Below, piece by piece: positions 14,300-30,056 of a stretch of 64,000 nucleotides of DNA; position 1 is the first letter of the stretch; each line of letters starts with the position of its first letter. The translations under genes were made by a program, and so were the position numbers. The notes under the pieces were generated by a model, which saw only the letters and a program-made list of their open reading frames with translations, did not search any database and was not told the DNA's origin. This DNA is from the human T2T-CHM13v2.0 reference genome, Homo sapiens. The stretch is from the NCBI RefSeq assembly GCF_009914755.1, contig NC_060937.1; one strand, given 5' to 3'.

Positions 14300-14726
14300 T
14301 CTGCTTTTACAGGGAAAACTGAAAATGACCATACATGCTCAGGGAAAGACATAGGCTCTCAGAAGACCTTAAATGTACATCTCAGGCTGATCCTTGGCAA
14401 AGAGATAGTCTACAACAATAAAAAAATCAGAACAATAACAAAAAACAGCCAACTCTGGGGAAAGAGAAGAAACTGATTTCCAGAGTTTCTACATGATTAG
14501 ATTTAAATGTCCAGTTTTCAACAAAAAAAGATTACAAGGCATACAAAGAAACAGAAAAGTATTGCCCATTCAAAGGAAAAAAAAAGAAATAAACAGAAAT
14601 TGTTCATGAAAAAAGACTCAGTGGTAGATCTACTAAATACAGACTTAAAAAAAAAAAAACAACTCCTGGGGCTGTGAAAGAAAACAGAGACTTTAAAACA
14701 ACTCTCTTAAAGATGCTCAGAGGAAT
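14300..14726 (+). mobile_element. Old L1M 5'UTR/ORF1-start fragment
   Basis: tgatttccagagtt...aatgtccagttttcaacaaaaaa..acaaggcatacaaagaaacag...gactttaaaacaact, motifs typical of L1M elements. Confidence 0.65.
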
Positions 14727-15705
14727 GAAGTCCCTGACCATCCAGCTAAACCATTGGGTACAGCCCATGAATCTGTATGTAATCACACATCTGGCCATTT
14801 CTACTTCCATGCAGAGTACACAACCAGTTGCACTGCTTGAAGTTCTGCCCACTGGGAAGATTTCCCTTCACTGTTGTCCTTCAAGAATGTCCTAGAAAGG
14901 GACTGTAGTGCTGCAGCTGTTCACTTTTGGGTGATGCCTGCATATCATGCAGATCCATTTGTGAACCAGGCCCTATCTTCTCTTCCTGTGTCAACTGATC
15001 ATAGGGAACTCTCCATGAGGCCATAGGTGCAGGCTGGGGGAGAGAAAGCAGGGTGGCAGGAGTGGAGACTATGGGCATTTGAGCCACTTCCTCATGTAAC
15101 TTACTTGTGCCTGCAAGACCTGCTCAAGCTCGATCACTTCCATTTGATGATGGAATGCTGCCATGCATAAACCACTTTATGGCTAGATGGGTCAGAAAGC
15201 ACCCAGTTCATGATGGGCAGTTAGGTCACATGGTGACTTGATGACCCATAGTCAAATATTCAGTTTCCACCAAAGCCCAGTAACGGGCCAAGAGCTGTCT
15301 CTCCAAAGGAGAGTTGTTATCTGCGGAAGATGGCAGGGCCTTGCCCCAAAATCCTAGAGGTCTTTGCTGTGATTCACCTATGGGGGCCTGCCAAAGGCTC
15401 CAAACAGCATCCCTATCTGCCACTGACACCTCAAGCACCATCGGATCTGCTGGGTCATATGCCCCAAGTGACAGAGCAGCTTGCACAGCAGCCTGGACCT
15501 GTTGCAGAGCTTTCTCCTGTTCTGGAGCCCACTTAAACTGGCAGCCTTTCAGGTCACTCGATAAATGGGCTGAAGTAACATACCCAGATGAGGAATGTGT
15601 TGCCTCCAAAATCCAGTTAGGCCCACTAGGCATTGTGCCTCTTTCTTGGTTGTAGGAGGGGCCAAATGCAGCAACTTATCCTTCACCTTAGGAGGAATGT
15701 CTCAA
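14727..15705 (-). mobile_element. HERV-L internal pol remnant (RT connection/RNase H), internally deleted
   Basis: Minus-strand peptide WAPEQEKALQQVQAAVQAALSLGAYDPADPMVLEVSVADRDAVWSLWQAP...RPLGFW...ERQLLA.YWALVETE and a TDSWAV motif near 14760-14780, typical of ERV-L pol. Confidence 0.88.
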
Positions 15706-15909
15706 CAGTCTCTCTTTTTCCATTTTTCTGCCTTCTTATCTTCTAGCGGTACTGGCAGCTGATTAGGTTGTGCCCATCCAGATTAAGGTTAGGTCTGCCT
15801 TTCCCAGCCCACTAACTCAAATCCTTTGGCAACCCTCACAGACATACCCAGGATCAGTACTTTGTATCCTTCAATCCAATCAAGTTGACACTCAGTATTA
15901 ATCATCACA
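15706..15909 (-). mobile_element. MLT2 (HERV-L LTR, MLT2A/B-like) 5' portion
   Basis: The minus strand begins tgtgatgattaatactgagtgtcaacttgattggattgaagga...taatcagctgccag, the MLT2 LTR start. Confidence 0.85.
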
Positions 15910-16719
15910 CCGCCTTCATACCTTTGTTCACATTGTTCCTTCTTATAAAAATCACACAGGAGCATGCATACATACAGGTGAGAGCTTTCTGAATCTTTCC
16001 AGCCCTTCAAAACCCAATACTAGTTACATCTATTTTGAGACTCTTTCTGACCACTCCAATGTTAAAAAAAAAAAAAAGTGCTCCTTAATTTCTTGTAATA
16101 TATATATTGTCAGGCTTATATCTCTAATCTGGCATGTTGTTTATTGGTCTATATTGTTATTTGTCTTTTTTTTCTGTCTCAGAGTCCATCTTTAATAATG
16201 TAATTAGGTGCTCATTGTCTGCCAAGATTGTGTTGTATGCATTGATTGCATTAATCAACTTTAAATCTTAAGAGAGGAACCTGAGATTCATAAAAAGCCT
16301 CATACCTAGTTATTGGTGGATCTAGAACCCAAATGAAAGTCTTTTTGATTTCTAAAGAATAATTTTTACCTGCACCAAGATATCTTAGAATCAACTGGGG
16401 AGTTTAAACATACAGTTGTGTAGGCCCACATCAGCCTTTCTCAACTGATTTATGATACAAAACCATGATACAGTGGTAGTATACTCTTTGTAGGCTACAT
16501 TCCCCTCCGCTCTCCTCCCCGTAGCACTTACAACTGCCCCATACATACAGAAATTCAGTAAATGTTTATTTACTTATTTTAGGCATATAACAATAGAATT
16601 GTCTTTATTTCAGCACTTAGTCATTTCTAATTGCACAGATATTGCCTTATAGATCCTCAAGTAATGAAAAAAGGGAGAGAAAGTGACTTTGTTATTTAAT
16701 TAGCATATATATTAGCTAA

Positions 16720-16950
16720 TGGTTATCGAACGATCCCTGTACCAGTTAGTGTTGTAAACACTCTACATGTGACTAACCTATTCAGTCCTCCCAGCAACCC
16801 TTTCAGCTAACTATTATCTTCATTTTATATACGAAGAAATTGAGACACAGGTTAATAATTCGCCTGTAGTTACCAGTTACTGAATGACTCAGCTGCGACC
16901 TGAACTCAGGCAGTCTGGCTGCAGAGTGCATACTTCTAACAGTTACCTTA
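16720..16950 (-). mobile_element. MIR (other MIR-like cores at ~26330-26545, 35965-36130, 49930-50090, 56975-57130, 63060-63210)
   Basis: MIR core motifs such as attttatatacgaagaaattgagacacag, ctctgtgcctcagtttcc and atgaggaaactgag. Confidence 0.65.
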
Positions 16951-18694
16951 CAGTGACTTCTCAAACATAGAGTACCTAAGATGGTGCTCTACTCATAGTC
17001 CAACAATGATTAGTTCCTCCAAACCATGTACTTGCTTCCTGAAATATTTAATATATTTCAAAATTGAATGCTGAAACCAAATTATTATACCAAATACTCT
17101 ACTCATAAATTTATCTTTGAACCTCAAGACTATCTCTATCAAAAAGTGCCATTTAGCTTTACATGATTTATATTGCATGATGCTGGGGCAAACAGAGTCT
17201 CTTTTGGTTTTAATTGCAAGATGTAGTTTTTCCTCAGAGCATTGAGAGAACATGTTTTATTTCCTTTACTAATCCTCTGTTTTGAGGAGTGATTCACTGA
17301 AATAATTTTAAAGAGTGAACGATACAGATTTTATATTAAACAAAACACTGAGTATGAGAGTTTGAAAAAGGCTCTTTCTTCATTTATACCTAAGAAATAC
17401 CTTAATTTTGATTACCCTAAATGGCAGAGGTGGGGTGGGGTGACTAATATCATTTGATTCTACTTTTTTGGAAAGAAATCTTCATCAATTGGTTTTAAGA
17501 TATTTTTGCTAAAGATGATATTATTAGAGTTAATAACAATAGGCGTAAAAGGTGTGTGCTTTAAACCTTAACCTAAGCACAGAGTGTCCTTGTAAAATAC
17601 CTTTCTGATTAACTGAAAACCAGAAGGCTTTTCCAATTCATTTTACTGAAAATATTTATAGAATAACAAATTCAGCCATGGTAAGCAGAATATACTGAAA
17701 ATAATTCAGTCTTTCAGTGCCCTAAATCATTGTAAGTATTAATAATACTGATTGTACTATATAGTTGTAGATTATGTAGAAGATAGAGTTGAATCTAGAT
17801 TAGAATATGGCCTGGGGGTTGCTTTTTAAACCCATTACTTTATGTAAATAATTCTTAACCTAATATTTGCAATCACTATTCCAAAACACTGGAGATGTAG
17901 TGATAAGCAACATAGACTGTATCCCTGACTCCCATGAAGTTTACAGTTTCCTAGGAAAGAAGATTTAAGGAATTCGATGAAGTGAGAGAAGTGTTGTGAT
18001 TGAAAAAGAAAAAGAAAAGGCACTATGGAAGCATATAGCAAGAGCATTCAAACCAATCCAGGGACTAGAAAATACTTCCAAGAGGACACTTACAGGGTGA
18101 GCCTACTCTATTCTTTTTCTCTCAAAAATGGAAGATTAAAAAGTTTTATTAATTAGGTGTTTGCTTTAATCAGGACCATTTATTTGATATATATTATTAA
18201 GGATTTCAACAAAATTAACTCTTTTGTAATAAGAAAAAACATTACTTTTGCATGGAAAATACAGATCCATGGAAAATAATTGTGGCATATTTCCTCCAAG
18301 TATATGGTAGGATTATAGGAGGTTTTTCTTCTTTATACTTTACATATAATTTGATAATGTCAACATGAATTTCATAAATAATTATACAAGTGAAGTTTTA
18401 ACCCCTTTTAAATTGTTTAGTCCAACTTTATTTAAAAATGTATATATATTTTTTTAAATTAAGACCCTAAGCTCATTCAGGAAAGTGAGATACCATGGTG
18501 TTTTTGGTGCAGATAAGTGGATTTTTAAACTAGTAAAAACTAAAAAATCAGACATATGAAGGTTATCAACACATCATTGTAGTCCATCAGTTTTCTAAAA
18601 ATCAAGGGAGTGGAAGAAAAGAAATGTCTAAATTTCATATCATAATATAGAACTGGGTTAAAGGATTCTGCCACTCGGGATAGATAAGAAACCC

Positions 18695-18792
18695 GCTGGT
18701 CCAAATGCAGTGGTGTTTACAACTAATTGATCACATCCCGTTATGGATTTCTTTGTTTCCTTTCCACTCCCACTGCTTCACTTGACTAGCCT
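18695..18792 (+). pseudogene. Y3 RNA (RNY3-derived) retropseudogene
   Basis: gctggtccaaatgcagtggtgtttacaactaattgatcaca...ccactcccactgcttcacttgactagcct follows hY3 along its full length with several substitutions. An A-rich tail follows (18793-18815). Confidence 0.92.
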
Positions 18793-21700
18793 AAGAAAAT
18801 AAAATAAAATATAAAGGAAACTCAAGGTAGAGAATCTTTATACCTTGAGGATTTATTTTCTTAACACTATGAAAGAATGTCTAGAAAGGTCACCTTCCTT
18901 ATTAAAAATAAAAACCATACTCTCCAAAGTTAGCTTCATTAGAAGGATATCCTGGTGAGAAGGACAACTGAATCACAAACACAGAGATTTACCTTAGTTT
19001 AGCCTTGTAGTAACTTCTACCACATTTTTTGATTCAGGGAAGTACTAATTAAGCATTCTAACCCAGGGGCAAACCTTTGTAATTTTTTTCCAGGAGCATA
19101 CCTGAGATGAGGCTAGGATGTCCAGAGAATACTTATATAACGTTATAAAGAAACTACCGTGCATTTATCTACTGTCATTTACATGCTTTTGTACCATCTG
19201 CAGAAAATGTTCTAGGAAACAGAAAAGATCTTTCCTGGTTCCTTTGTTTGTATGGCAGCATGTTGGATGTGATTTTTAGACACTACCTAGATATATAGAG
19301 ATAGAAAAATCATTCTCCTCCAACTTATCTAGGATTCATTCTCTAAGTTTTCCTCTGTTATGGCAACAAACACTTTAAGCATAATTTCATTTTTCAGAAA
19401 GTTTCTTCCTGTATCTAGAGAAGTGTGACTTGTGCTCCTGACTGTGGTTATGGTCTTTGATTAAAGTGCATCCAAACATGTCACCATTAACCATAAGAAT
19501 CACAAAATAACATAATGGTTGCAGGACAGGATTTCTTTACAGGTATGTTATTTTCTCTATGGCTCCAGAGGTTAAAATTATGACTCTACCAGAGTTGAGT
19601 AGAGTTAGCATTGGATTCTCTGATCCCAAAACCCATGTGATACCATTGTTTGAAGATGTTCATTCACTTTTAAAGAATGAATTTTAATCAAATCCAGTTT
19701 CCATTCTTTATGGTTTAACAGAGTTCTGTCTTTGACATTCCCTTTTGCTTTATCATGTAATCCTTCGATATTTTTGGAAAATCCTTTCATCATTACAGTA
19801 AAATACCATCATATTTCAATATTTTAATATTATTTTTAGTCTTAATGTGCTGAAGTTTCTCACTTCTTTTGTGTCCAGTCTTCTGTATTCAGCCACTTGC
19901 TAGAACACAGAAAACACAGTCACTGAATGTGTGCTCTTTTCCCTAGAGAGAGAATTTGTTTTAAGTGCCTTTTCATGTCCTGAGGGACAACTCATTCTTG
20001 ACAGTTATTTGAAAGACTTAGGCCTTGCCTCACAGCCTAGTACAACAGACAGAAAAGTAACCCACAGTTAAAACAAAGAAGGCCATGCTAAGTGCTATGA
20101 TGGAGTTTATGTGGGAGGCCAGGGTAGGAATACCTGAGCAAGCATAGGGAAGTCATTGAGTGCTTAGGAAAATATGATGCTTGAAGAAGTAGAAGTTAGC
20201 CAGAAGAAAAAAATAAATAGAAAAGTATCTTCGAGACAGAAGGAACAGCATGTGCAAAGCCCAAGCACACACAGATTAGAGGAAACGGAAAAACTGTGAT
20301 TAGAGAGGTAGCTTAGAGAAGAGACTGCATGGGAGAGTATCTGAAAATGAGACTAAAAATATATGCTACTTTGCAAGTACCATTATATGCCACGCTAGAG
20401 ATTTCACATTTTATTCTGAAAGGAAAGGGAACCATTGAAGGATTTTAAGCAGGGGATAACCAAAACTATAGTAATAAGAATGAGACCTGGAAGCTCAGTG
20501 TGGAGGGTGAGAAGAAACTAGGATGATTTACAAATTTCACAGACAAGAAGAACTATGAGAACAACTGTCTCAGCAGTTTTTATATTTTCCAAATATTTCT
20601 TTTAGATGATTAGCAGTTAAAAAAAAAAAAAACTTAGAATGAGGGAAAGCCCTTGCTTTTTTACATTTTTTTTTTAAACACTTTTTCTTAAGAAACAACA
20701 CTGGTTGAGGAAACGCCACCAAAGCAAAAGCCTGAGGGTATGGGAAAAGGCCCTTGGCATGTTTTCATGTTAGTCTATGTCAGAGTAATGATGACAGAAT
20801 GAAAGGTTATTAGATGTGCCTCCAGCTTTGATCTCTGTTTGGTTTTCCAGTTCCCCTGGGAAGTGCCAGTCTTACAACATAAACTAACAGGAAGGGTAAT
20901 GCTTTAAGTGTACAGGCCTAGTTTCTTTTTGGGAGAACCTACAGCAGGATGTGAACATTCTGTGCCAAGCCTCCAGGGGTAAGTTCTGTTCCTTTTATAG
21001 AAGAGAAGATTTCCAATTAGGTGTGGGTGTGTTTTCAGGGATAATATATTTCGAAACCTTATACATATGATTACTCATAAGCCATCCAGCTGTAACCATT
21101 AAAAAATTGATATTTTGATGCCCGAAAAGACTAATAAAGTTTTAAAATTATAGGCCCAAAGAAGAAGTGACTATTGGGAAGAAGACCTGAAATTACAGTA
21201 AATTGTAAGGCCATAGTGTAGTGCTCCAAATCTGAATCAAAGTGATATTTTGTCAAGCACAGCATATTATATAAAATGCTTAATAAATGGCAACATATCT
21301 GCAGAAGATAGTCTAAAAAGCCTAGATACAGAAGCCTTTTTACAGATAATTCAGATGGCTAGTAGAACCTTAAGACATGTTTCTAAGGGCCCAGACCTTA
21401 AAGCACAGAAGCTGTGAGGAAACTAACATATAGATTCTGTTGTATGGGCAATCTATAATTAAAATAAAAAAGTTTAGATATTATGTAAAAAGAGAACCTA
21501 GCACAACCCTTTTTGACACTAGCAGTACTGATTTAATGCAGTCTGCATGGTAGATGACTAGCCTGCTTTGTCACTTGAGCAGTTTTTTTCAGTCTGTGGC
21601 CTTAATATTTGATCCTGACAGGATTTGCGTCACTGATCCATATCACTGCCGTGTGATGTCAAAGTGTGGGTGTTCAGTTATTGAGGCATAGTTAACCTAA

Positions 21701-24700
21701 TGTGCTGCAGTAAATCCTAAGTGCTCCTTCCTACTAAAATAACAAAAGAATGATTCATCATTGTTCATATTAGGCTGATACTAAAAATAGTAATGTTCAC
21801 AACCTGCTGCATTCATGGACATTAATATCACAGCCTCTGCAGCTTTCTAAACAAGTGCACTAAAAATAATTTCTTGTTTAGAAACAGGTGCTTGGTAAAC
21901 ACATCTCCTTCAAGTTTTCTATTTATATGCAGTTCAATTTAGTGCTAAAGGTAGATTCTAACCATAAGTCATTCTTCAAATGTACTCTACTTAGTGTTTA
22001 TCACTGATACATCTAATTGTGCTGCAAATCTAATCATAGAAATTTTCAGTTACTTGTACACAGATAATGAAATTATCCACAATTCTGAATCATACTTAGG
22101 CCCCTAATTTAAGCATTCTGCTTTATCCAAACTTTAAAAAGAATAATAAATTTCCAAGGAAAAGAAAGGTCTCTAAACATCTAAGCATGAATAATGACCT
22201 TGATCTTTTCTCTTTCTCCTGTAACTTCCTTATTCTGTTCCCAAGTTCTGACTCACCAATTTGGTGAGTTCCTAGATCAAGGCTTACACTAATTGCCTGC
22301 CTTATATGAATAAATGTTGCTAGGTGTTTCATAGCCTTAATAAATAAGCATTCCTTATTAGTAAGGGGACCTTATATCCCAATTTGTCTAAGACAGTTCT
22401 GGTTTTTGCCTCATCTTGATATCTAACTGGTATGACATTTGTCTTGGATTTATCATTTTTAAAACAATATTATTAGTAGTTCATTAAAATAAGTTGTGAT
22501 AGATTTGGTTGACCACCATTTTGAATTTCCAGCTTCCACCTTGATCTCTAGTAAGTAGCTCATCTGTCTCTTTTTCACTTTAAACTTGTGGTTAAATCTT
22601 AGACAACCCAAAATAAATCATTCTCTCTTCCTGACCCTTGCCAGAAGCAAGTCTTAATTAACAGTAAGTGAAAGTGTGCTTAGATTTAAAGGACTGGGAA
22701 CTAACTCCTTTCAGTTTCCTGGTAGTAGTGGCAGAAGTATTTGATGCTGCTGTCTTTGCTGGCCACTTGGTGTCACCAGGGCACCAAGTGGAAGGACCAG
22801 TGGGAAGCATATAGGTTAAATAAATAAATATGAGGAAATTAAATATTTCTGCCACTGAATATATAAAAAATAGCTTGAATGATTTTTATCACTTATTGTA
22901 TTGTGTATAACTGTTACTTGGCAGTACTTTTTTATCTTGCAGTAAACTCTCTCAGCAATAATGAGCTCAAAAACAAGGTCTAAATTTGGTGAAACATGCA
23001 GAAGAAAAATAAAGACGATTCAGTGAGATTTGTAAAAATATGTAACATTTTTATAGTACTTAATATTGTAAAAATATTTGAAGTATTTACACATCTCGAT
23101 AAGAAACAAAAAATAGAACTGAGAGTATCCTCCACTTAGCAGATATGCTCCCAGCTTACCAGATAGCACCTTAGAAACAGTTTTTCTTAATATAAATGTT
23201 GTAGTCTTAAAATATTACAAAAAAGAGTCAATTGAAGGTATCAGCAGCTTTAAGTTTATAAACCATAAAATACAACATTGTAAGCAATTTTATTTTAAAA
23301 ATTAGGATGACTATTTGAAAGAAGAAATTTTTCAATTAAATACCAGTGATAAGGAATTAAAGACAGGTATAGCTAAGAAATTAAAATACATATATACTAA
23401 GAATAATTGTTCCGTTTATATTACTCCAATATTCAGATACTCAATATGAAGAATACCTTTAAATGCTCTTTAATGTACTTGCATATGTTTTTTAATAAAG
23501 CATTTTATTTTTCGATAGATTTTGTTAGAACTTTATCTCCCTCAGTGTAATTAAAATATATCAGTCAATAAAGAAACATACCAAATGATGTATTTTTAAT
23601 GATTTTTAGCCCCCTTTTTCACTTTCAGAAGTGTTCTTGATTGGATGATGATAATATAATTATCCTACCTCTGCTCTGTTTCCTCCTTCTTCCTGTCACC
23701 AGAGCTCAGCCAGCCTGAAAGATAAATCCCTATCCCTCTTACGCTAAGCGTTATTCCCAAACCCTTTTCCATAGATGTAGGGATATTTCATCAGTCTAGG
23801 AAATAGGAATAATAAAGATAATGTAGTGGTTTTTCATTAAGTTAAATTTATTTACTTAAGACTTTTTAAAAATTCTGAAGTTAAATCTTTTATAATGTTT
23901 GAAGTTACAGTATCCTCTTTTTATGAATTGATGTGACAATATAGGATAGACTTCCTTCTATCCGTTCTTAATTTCTTCTTAACTTTTAATGTCTTTACTT
24001 GGCCTAATGAAAAGCTGGTTAATGAGTCCCCAGAATTTGTTTTGAAATTTTGCTGTCACATAAATCCAAATGTTTGGGAAATACTAACTTAGAACACAGA
24101 TAACTTCTGTATTGACCATTTTCTGGTTAATATCTAACCTCCTAACCTTATCCAGGCACCCTCACCCCTCAAATCAATCCAAAATATATTTGGCCTTAGA
24201 CTGATCCTCACATTGCTTTCCTATTAGCATGTATAATGTAAAGTAAAACTTTTGTTGAATCGACATCTTAGTATAAGTAAAGGGGAAAATTATAGAGAAA
24301 GAAATCAGCGACTATCTGGTGAGATATGCAGGTTGATTAAGGCCTCTGAACGGGATAAGAGGTAAAACCTGGGTGAGAAAATGAGAAACAGTTAAAAGGA
24401 GAAGAAACAAGGTTTGATTTGTGCCCAAGGACAAAATTATAGTTTCTAATTCTTCACTCCCCTTATCTCCCTTTAGACTATTTGCTTATTTCATTGTCAG
24501 TCACTCCCTGGCAATAGACTCCTTCCCATGGAGCACCTGGTTAGTTGCAGATTTCATTGATCTTTCCTTGGTCCCTCGACTCTGTGGACATGTGTCAATT
24601 AAGCTCTAAGCTGCATGAGTTTAACACATATTATTTAGATGCTTATTCAGAACCTGCACTTTAATACTGCCACAAGAATCAGAGTCAGGGTCAGAGTCAG

Positions 24701-25334
24701 TCTTTTGAAATATCAGATAAAAATAGGTAGAAGAGTACAAGAGTGTACCTCACATCCCATCCTTTTATATCTTAGTGACCTGAAACCACTCTTTGTTTAG
24801 CTGAACGAGTCTACCTTTTAAATTTTTGGACATGCAAATGACCCTGATTATTATAATCTAACAGTAGCCTTAATAAACAGCTGATCTGGTTTGCCAGGAA
24901 AAAAAAAATCAAAATCAACTCTTCTTTTAATTTGCCTCATAGCTGACAATCTCTTTCTGCAAATCAACTGATTCATCTGTTGTAGCTGTTCATTTTGCAA
25001 CTATATTGGAGGACATGTTGCTAAAAGTTGGACATTTATGGATGCTTTACTGAATTTTATATATGGTAGAAGTCATCTTGGACTATACCTGCTTTAGTTT
25101 TTTTTTTTTTTTTTTTTTTAAGCCAAATCATTGGAATCATGTTGTATGGCAGTGTGGGCAATACTTAAACTGCAGAAGGGAAGAACTAACTTAACCAACT
25201 TAACAGCGTGGTCCTTGGTACCTGATTTTAATCATGTTTCAGCTTACACAAAGCAGAGAGCTTTTATTGCTCATCCTCTAGTAAGAGCATAAGACTAGCC
25301 TTCCTCCTTTTTAAATTTTTATGTATTTATTTAT

Positions 25335-25430
25335 CTCACTGTTTTGCCCAGGCTGGTCTCTAACTCTTGGGCTTAAGCATTCCTCCCACCTCAGCCTCCC
25401 CAAATGCTGGGATTACAGGCATGAAGCAAG
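25335..25430 (-). mobile_element. Alu monomer fragment
   Basis: tgcccaggctggtctctaactcttgggcttaagc...gctgggattacaggcatga. Confidence 0.75.
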
Positions 25431-26699
25431 CGTAGCTTTTTTTTTCTTGATTTTTTTAAGCTTACTCTTTATTCTTATTGTTTTTTCTATATTAATTTTC
25501 CCTTTTCTTCAATTTATCATGGCTTGTGTTTTGGTTTGGTTTTGGTGCTACATATATCTTAAATCACCTTAAATTGTCTTTTGGAATGGGTTGAGCTACT
25601 AATTCACTGATTGTTTTCCATATAATATCCCTTACTTACTAGAAACAGTTTAGGATCTTTCTTCACAATAGTTTCAGTGAGATAAATATAGGTACATTTT
25701 GCTTTATTATATGTAACTAGCAGATACTTAGGGCATAATAGTGTTGGGTTTTCCATCCAAATGTCAGTGCTTTTTGTGTGCTTTAGGCGATATTGACTCC
25801 TACCTTCAGAACCCTTCTAAGAAAACTTAACAAGACTTAACTTCATACCCTTACTATTCTCCCATTTGCCACAGAGTTCTCATCCTCAGTGTTAGTGACG
25901 TGGTCACTACATTCAAGGACCTTTTGGTTATAGTGAGGACAATACAGGATGCTTGTATTTTTTGTTCCCTAAAGACCTCATTAATTTGAGTATATGTGTC
26001 AAACAATTTTTCTATAGGAATAAACACAGAGGATGCATTGAGGAGATTACAGTTTATAGGAATGCATTATGCAGTGACCAGCATATTTTTCATTTTTCCA
26101 TTCTTGTTTAATTATATGATAATTTTAGCAAACTTAAAAATGTACCTGCTTATTTTTGTAATATTATCTCAGATATTTTGCAGAGAGCTATCTTAATAGC
26201 ATGGCATGTCATAGCAGTTGTTTGGATTTCTTCATAATATTTTAACATATTAACTACCATTCCTGAACTATTGATTTTCAGGTAGGCTTGTCAATACAAG
26301 CACTAGCACTGTGCTTAGGTGACATTGCTTAAGCACTTACTGTGTACCAAACACTGTTCTAAGTGCTGTACAAATATGAACTTATTTAATCTGCATAATA
26401 TCTCTATGAAATAGAATAATTATTTCCAGTTTACATGTGAGAAAACTAAGATACAAAGAGGTTAAGTAACTTGAAAGGTCTCACAGCTATAAGCTGTCAT
26501 TAGAATTAGATGGGCTAGCTGAGTCCATGTTCTTCATCACTACCTTATGCTGCCTTATGTTTAAGCTATAACAAATTATAATAAAATGAATGATAAAATA
26601 GCAAAATAGTAACAAAATTCCATTTGAAGACATTTTGATCCCAGTGAAAACAAATGTGGTTCACACAGTATTGACAAGGATAGACTGGTATTTTACCAG

Positions 26700-27912
<1,213 letters not shown>

Positions 27913-27999
27913 CTAGGTACCATCCTCTTATTAAAAAAAGATCTTCTGTAAGAATTTTAATTGCATTATTGTGCCCACAAAAAGTAAGAGACATGTCCT

Positions 28000-28680
28000 A
28001 GGGGATAGGGAGCAAGAAACAATGCTGGGACAGTTGGTTATCCATTTGGATTAAAATGGAATCAGATCCTTTTCTCATACCTTACCCCAAAATTAATGCT
28101 TGAAGACTTAAAGACTTATGTGAAAGGATAAACTTAAAAATAATAATAAAGAGAGAGTATCTTCATGACTACAGAGTAAAGAAAGTTTTTTTAGGATACA
28201 AACACACAAAATGCTAACTATCAAATGATCAGTAAATTTGACTCCATTACAATTAAGAACTTTGGTACATCATAAAATATATGAAAAATATAAGTCATAA
28301 ACTAGGAAGAGTATATTTGCAACCAATGTAACCGTAAGGAATTAGTATCCAGAATACATAAAAACTCTTCCCAATCTATTTTTTAAAAAAGACTACCCAG
28401 TAGAAGAATAGGTGGGAAACATGGACTGGGTAATGCAAAATAAGATCAAAGTGAGATTGGCAAAAATTTAAAAATCTAAATACCAAGTAATGGAGGGAAT
28501 GTGAATCAGTGGAACTTCTTATACATGCCTGGCTGGTAGGAATATAAATTAATATACTCGGGAAAACTATGTGGCACTATCCTATAAAAACTAACATTCA
28601 CAAAACCCTAAGACACAGCATTTCCTCTCTTAGGTACATACCTTAAAGAAACATTTGCACATGTGAGCTGAGAGACATAG
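28000..28680 (+). mobile_element. Old L1ME-type ORF2/3' fragments
   Basis: tgctgggacagttggttatccatttgg, attagtatccagaatacataaaaactc, gattggcaaaaattta, cagcatttcctctcttaggtacatacc. Confidence 0.6.
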
Positions 28681-29579
28681 AGATAGCAGCAGTGTTCTGA
28701 TCCATGCTTCTCTCTAAGAGATAGCATTAGATTGTCTTCTCTATCTACTTTAATTCCTTTGTTGATGTCATCCAGTCTCATGGATTTAAAGCCTATCTAC
28801 CAAAGACTCTGGAATTTGTATCTCTAGACTAGGTAAGTATTTCCTTGAACTCCAGAATAGTAAAATGAACTGCCTGCTAGTTGAAATCTCCATTTGGATG
28901 ACTAATAGACATTTCTAACGTAACATGTCCAAATCTGAATACCTGATCATCCCCAAATACGCTTCATCCACTTTTGTGCTATTAAAATTAGTACTGCTAT
29001 GAATGTTCTAAATTACATCCTTCGGTTGGTGTTATATGTAAGCATTTCCACTGCCCATATACTTAAAAGTAGAATTACTAGATCATAGAGTATGCATATG
29101 TTCAAGTTTAGTAGATATTGCCAGTTTTGCAAAATGGTTGTACCATATACTTACCAGCAATATGTATAAGTCAGATGAATTTTTTTTAATATAACTTAGA
29201 TCATGTTTTAAAATCCAGCAATGGCTCTTATTTTACTCAAAGTAAAAGCATACAGTAACCTATGAGGCCTAACAGAGTGTAGCTCATTTCCCTCTTAATC
29301 ACTCTAACCTCACTCCTTTTCTCCCCCTTCACTCATGCTGCTCTGGTGACAGTGGTGTCCTTGTTAAGTCTTAAACATGCCAGTCATGTTCCCCCTTAGG
29401 GCCTTTACACTGGTTGCTCCCTCTGTGTAGAATGTTCTTCCCTCAGATATCCATATGGCCCACTCCCACACTTCTTTCAAGTCTTGGTTCAAATGTGACC
29501 TTCTCATTGAAACCTAAACTGATGTCTGTATTTTAAATTGCAGTATTCAATCTTCCCCCTCACCATCAGCCTATCTTAG

Positions 29580-30056
<477 letters not shown>

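Noticed and set aside
24832-24839. Octamer motif ATGCAAAT (also at 56421)
   Set aside because: An 8-mer expected by chance several times in 64 kb of AT-rich DNA, with no other support.
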